From positions 213,086 through 277,085 of the forward strand of contig MU006106.1 in the NCBI GenBank assembly GCA_010093705.1: a DNA stretch of 64,000 bases, in the 5' to 3' direction. Shown piece by piece: positions 63,401 through 64,000 of the stretch. This DNA comes from Patellaria atrata CBS 101060 (lineage: Eukaryota). The notes below the pieces were generated by a model. The model did not search any database and was not told the DNA's origin. It saw nothing but the letters and a program-made list of their open reading frames with translations. The position numbers and the translations under genes are program-made. The number at the start of each line of letters is the position of its first letter. Position 1 is the stretch's first letter.

Positions 63401-63698
63401 GCTTCCTGCGTTCCGCGAGTTCGAGCGTGCAGATTTGGGTCTGATCCTCCCGAGCGATGCGGGAAGTAGGATGCTGCTGGATATGAGGACTACGGTTGTC
63501 GATGAGAGGTTAGCGCTGAAGAGGGCGGTCACGAGTTGGGATAGGGATGCTCTGTGGGATTTGAGAGCACTGTTTGCATGGGCCAAGGGCTGGAAGAGAA
63601 GAGGGGATGGAAGGTTGAGATGGTTGGGGAAGGAAGTGGAGGAGAAGCTAGGGGCGAGAATCGGGGATAGAGGCAGAAGCATACAGGGGGATAGCTGA
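57463..63698 (+). CDS. APC1: Anaphase-promoting complex subunit 1 (BimE/Cut4), about 2026 aa
   Basis: Exons 57463-59241, 59295-60663, 60712-61193, 61248-63698, phases consistent. Motifs CVVWSRGG, LPFEV..P.G..LQR, F.EDRR..EA..LL, WAFFHAGV, HAGLLLALGLNGHL, PC repeats, HLQAFRHFWVLA.EPR. Confidence 0.97.
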
Positions 63699-64000
63699 GG
63701 AATTCCTAAAATATGGAAGCAGGTGCTGGAATAAAGAAAACTAATAGTATAGCGTAAATAGTGGTCTCAGAAAATCATCTAAATATGAAGACTTCTACCC
63801 TTAATAGGCAATAATTTTTCTTCGGGGTACACTCGAACAGTCAATGGATGCCGGATGCCCTGGACCCAGTTCGATATGATCACCCTTTTAACTTTGTAAC
63901 AGCATTTTATATCATTGTGAACATATTTTTTCCTACGTTGGACTTCCAATTATTTGGATGATGTTACAGAGCTTGTGATGCGAATGTGATTGACGACCTT

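Overview
Gene-dense euchromatic window from a filamentous ascomycete (Pezizomycotina; Eurotiomycetes-like by impression only), with short GT-AG introns and CTRAY branch sites. I reconstructed about 21 genes by hand. In order: a HET-domain gene (cut by the left edge), GH47 alpha-1,2-mannosidase, Zn2Cys6 transcription factor, aldose 1-epimerase, tyrosine phosphatase, ATG4, SQS1-like G-patch protein, APC-family amino-acid permease divergent from a PhyH-type Fe/2OG dioxygenase, dihydroxyacetone kinase, AMMECR1, a 64-aa secreted peptide missing from the ORF track, an uncharacterised membrane protein, a WW protein, AMSH deubiquitinase, a tandem-repeat mucin-like protein ending in a CBM1-like module, a hypothetical acidic ORF, a DNA ligase I-family gene, SDS23, a frameshifted hypothetical gene, and APC1. 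I found no supportable tRNA, rRNA, transposon or CRISPR. Most notable: (1) the non-catalytic secreted repeat protein whose CBM1 keeps its Cys scaffold but has all three cellulose-stacking aromatics replaced by Leu; (2) SQS1 apparently lacking its R3H domain; (3) a gene with compensating frameshifts; (4) recurrent C-rich to G-rich strand-skew switch points. All family assignments are from motif recognition, not database searches.
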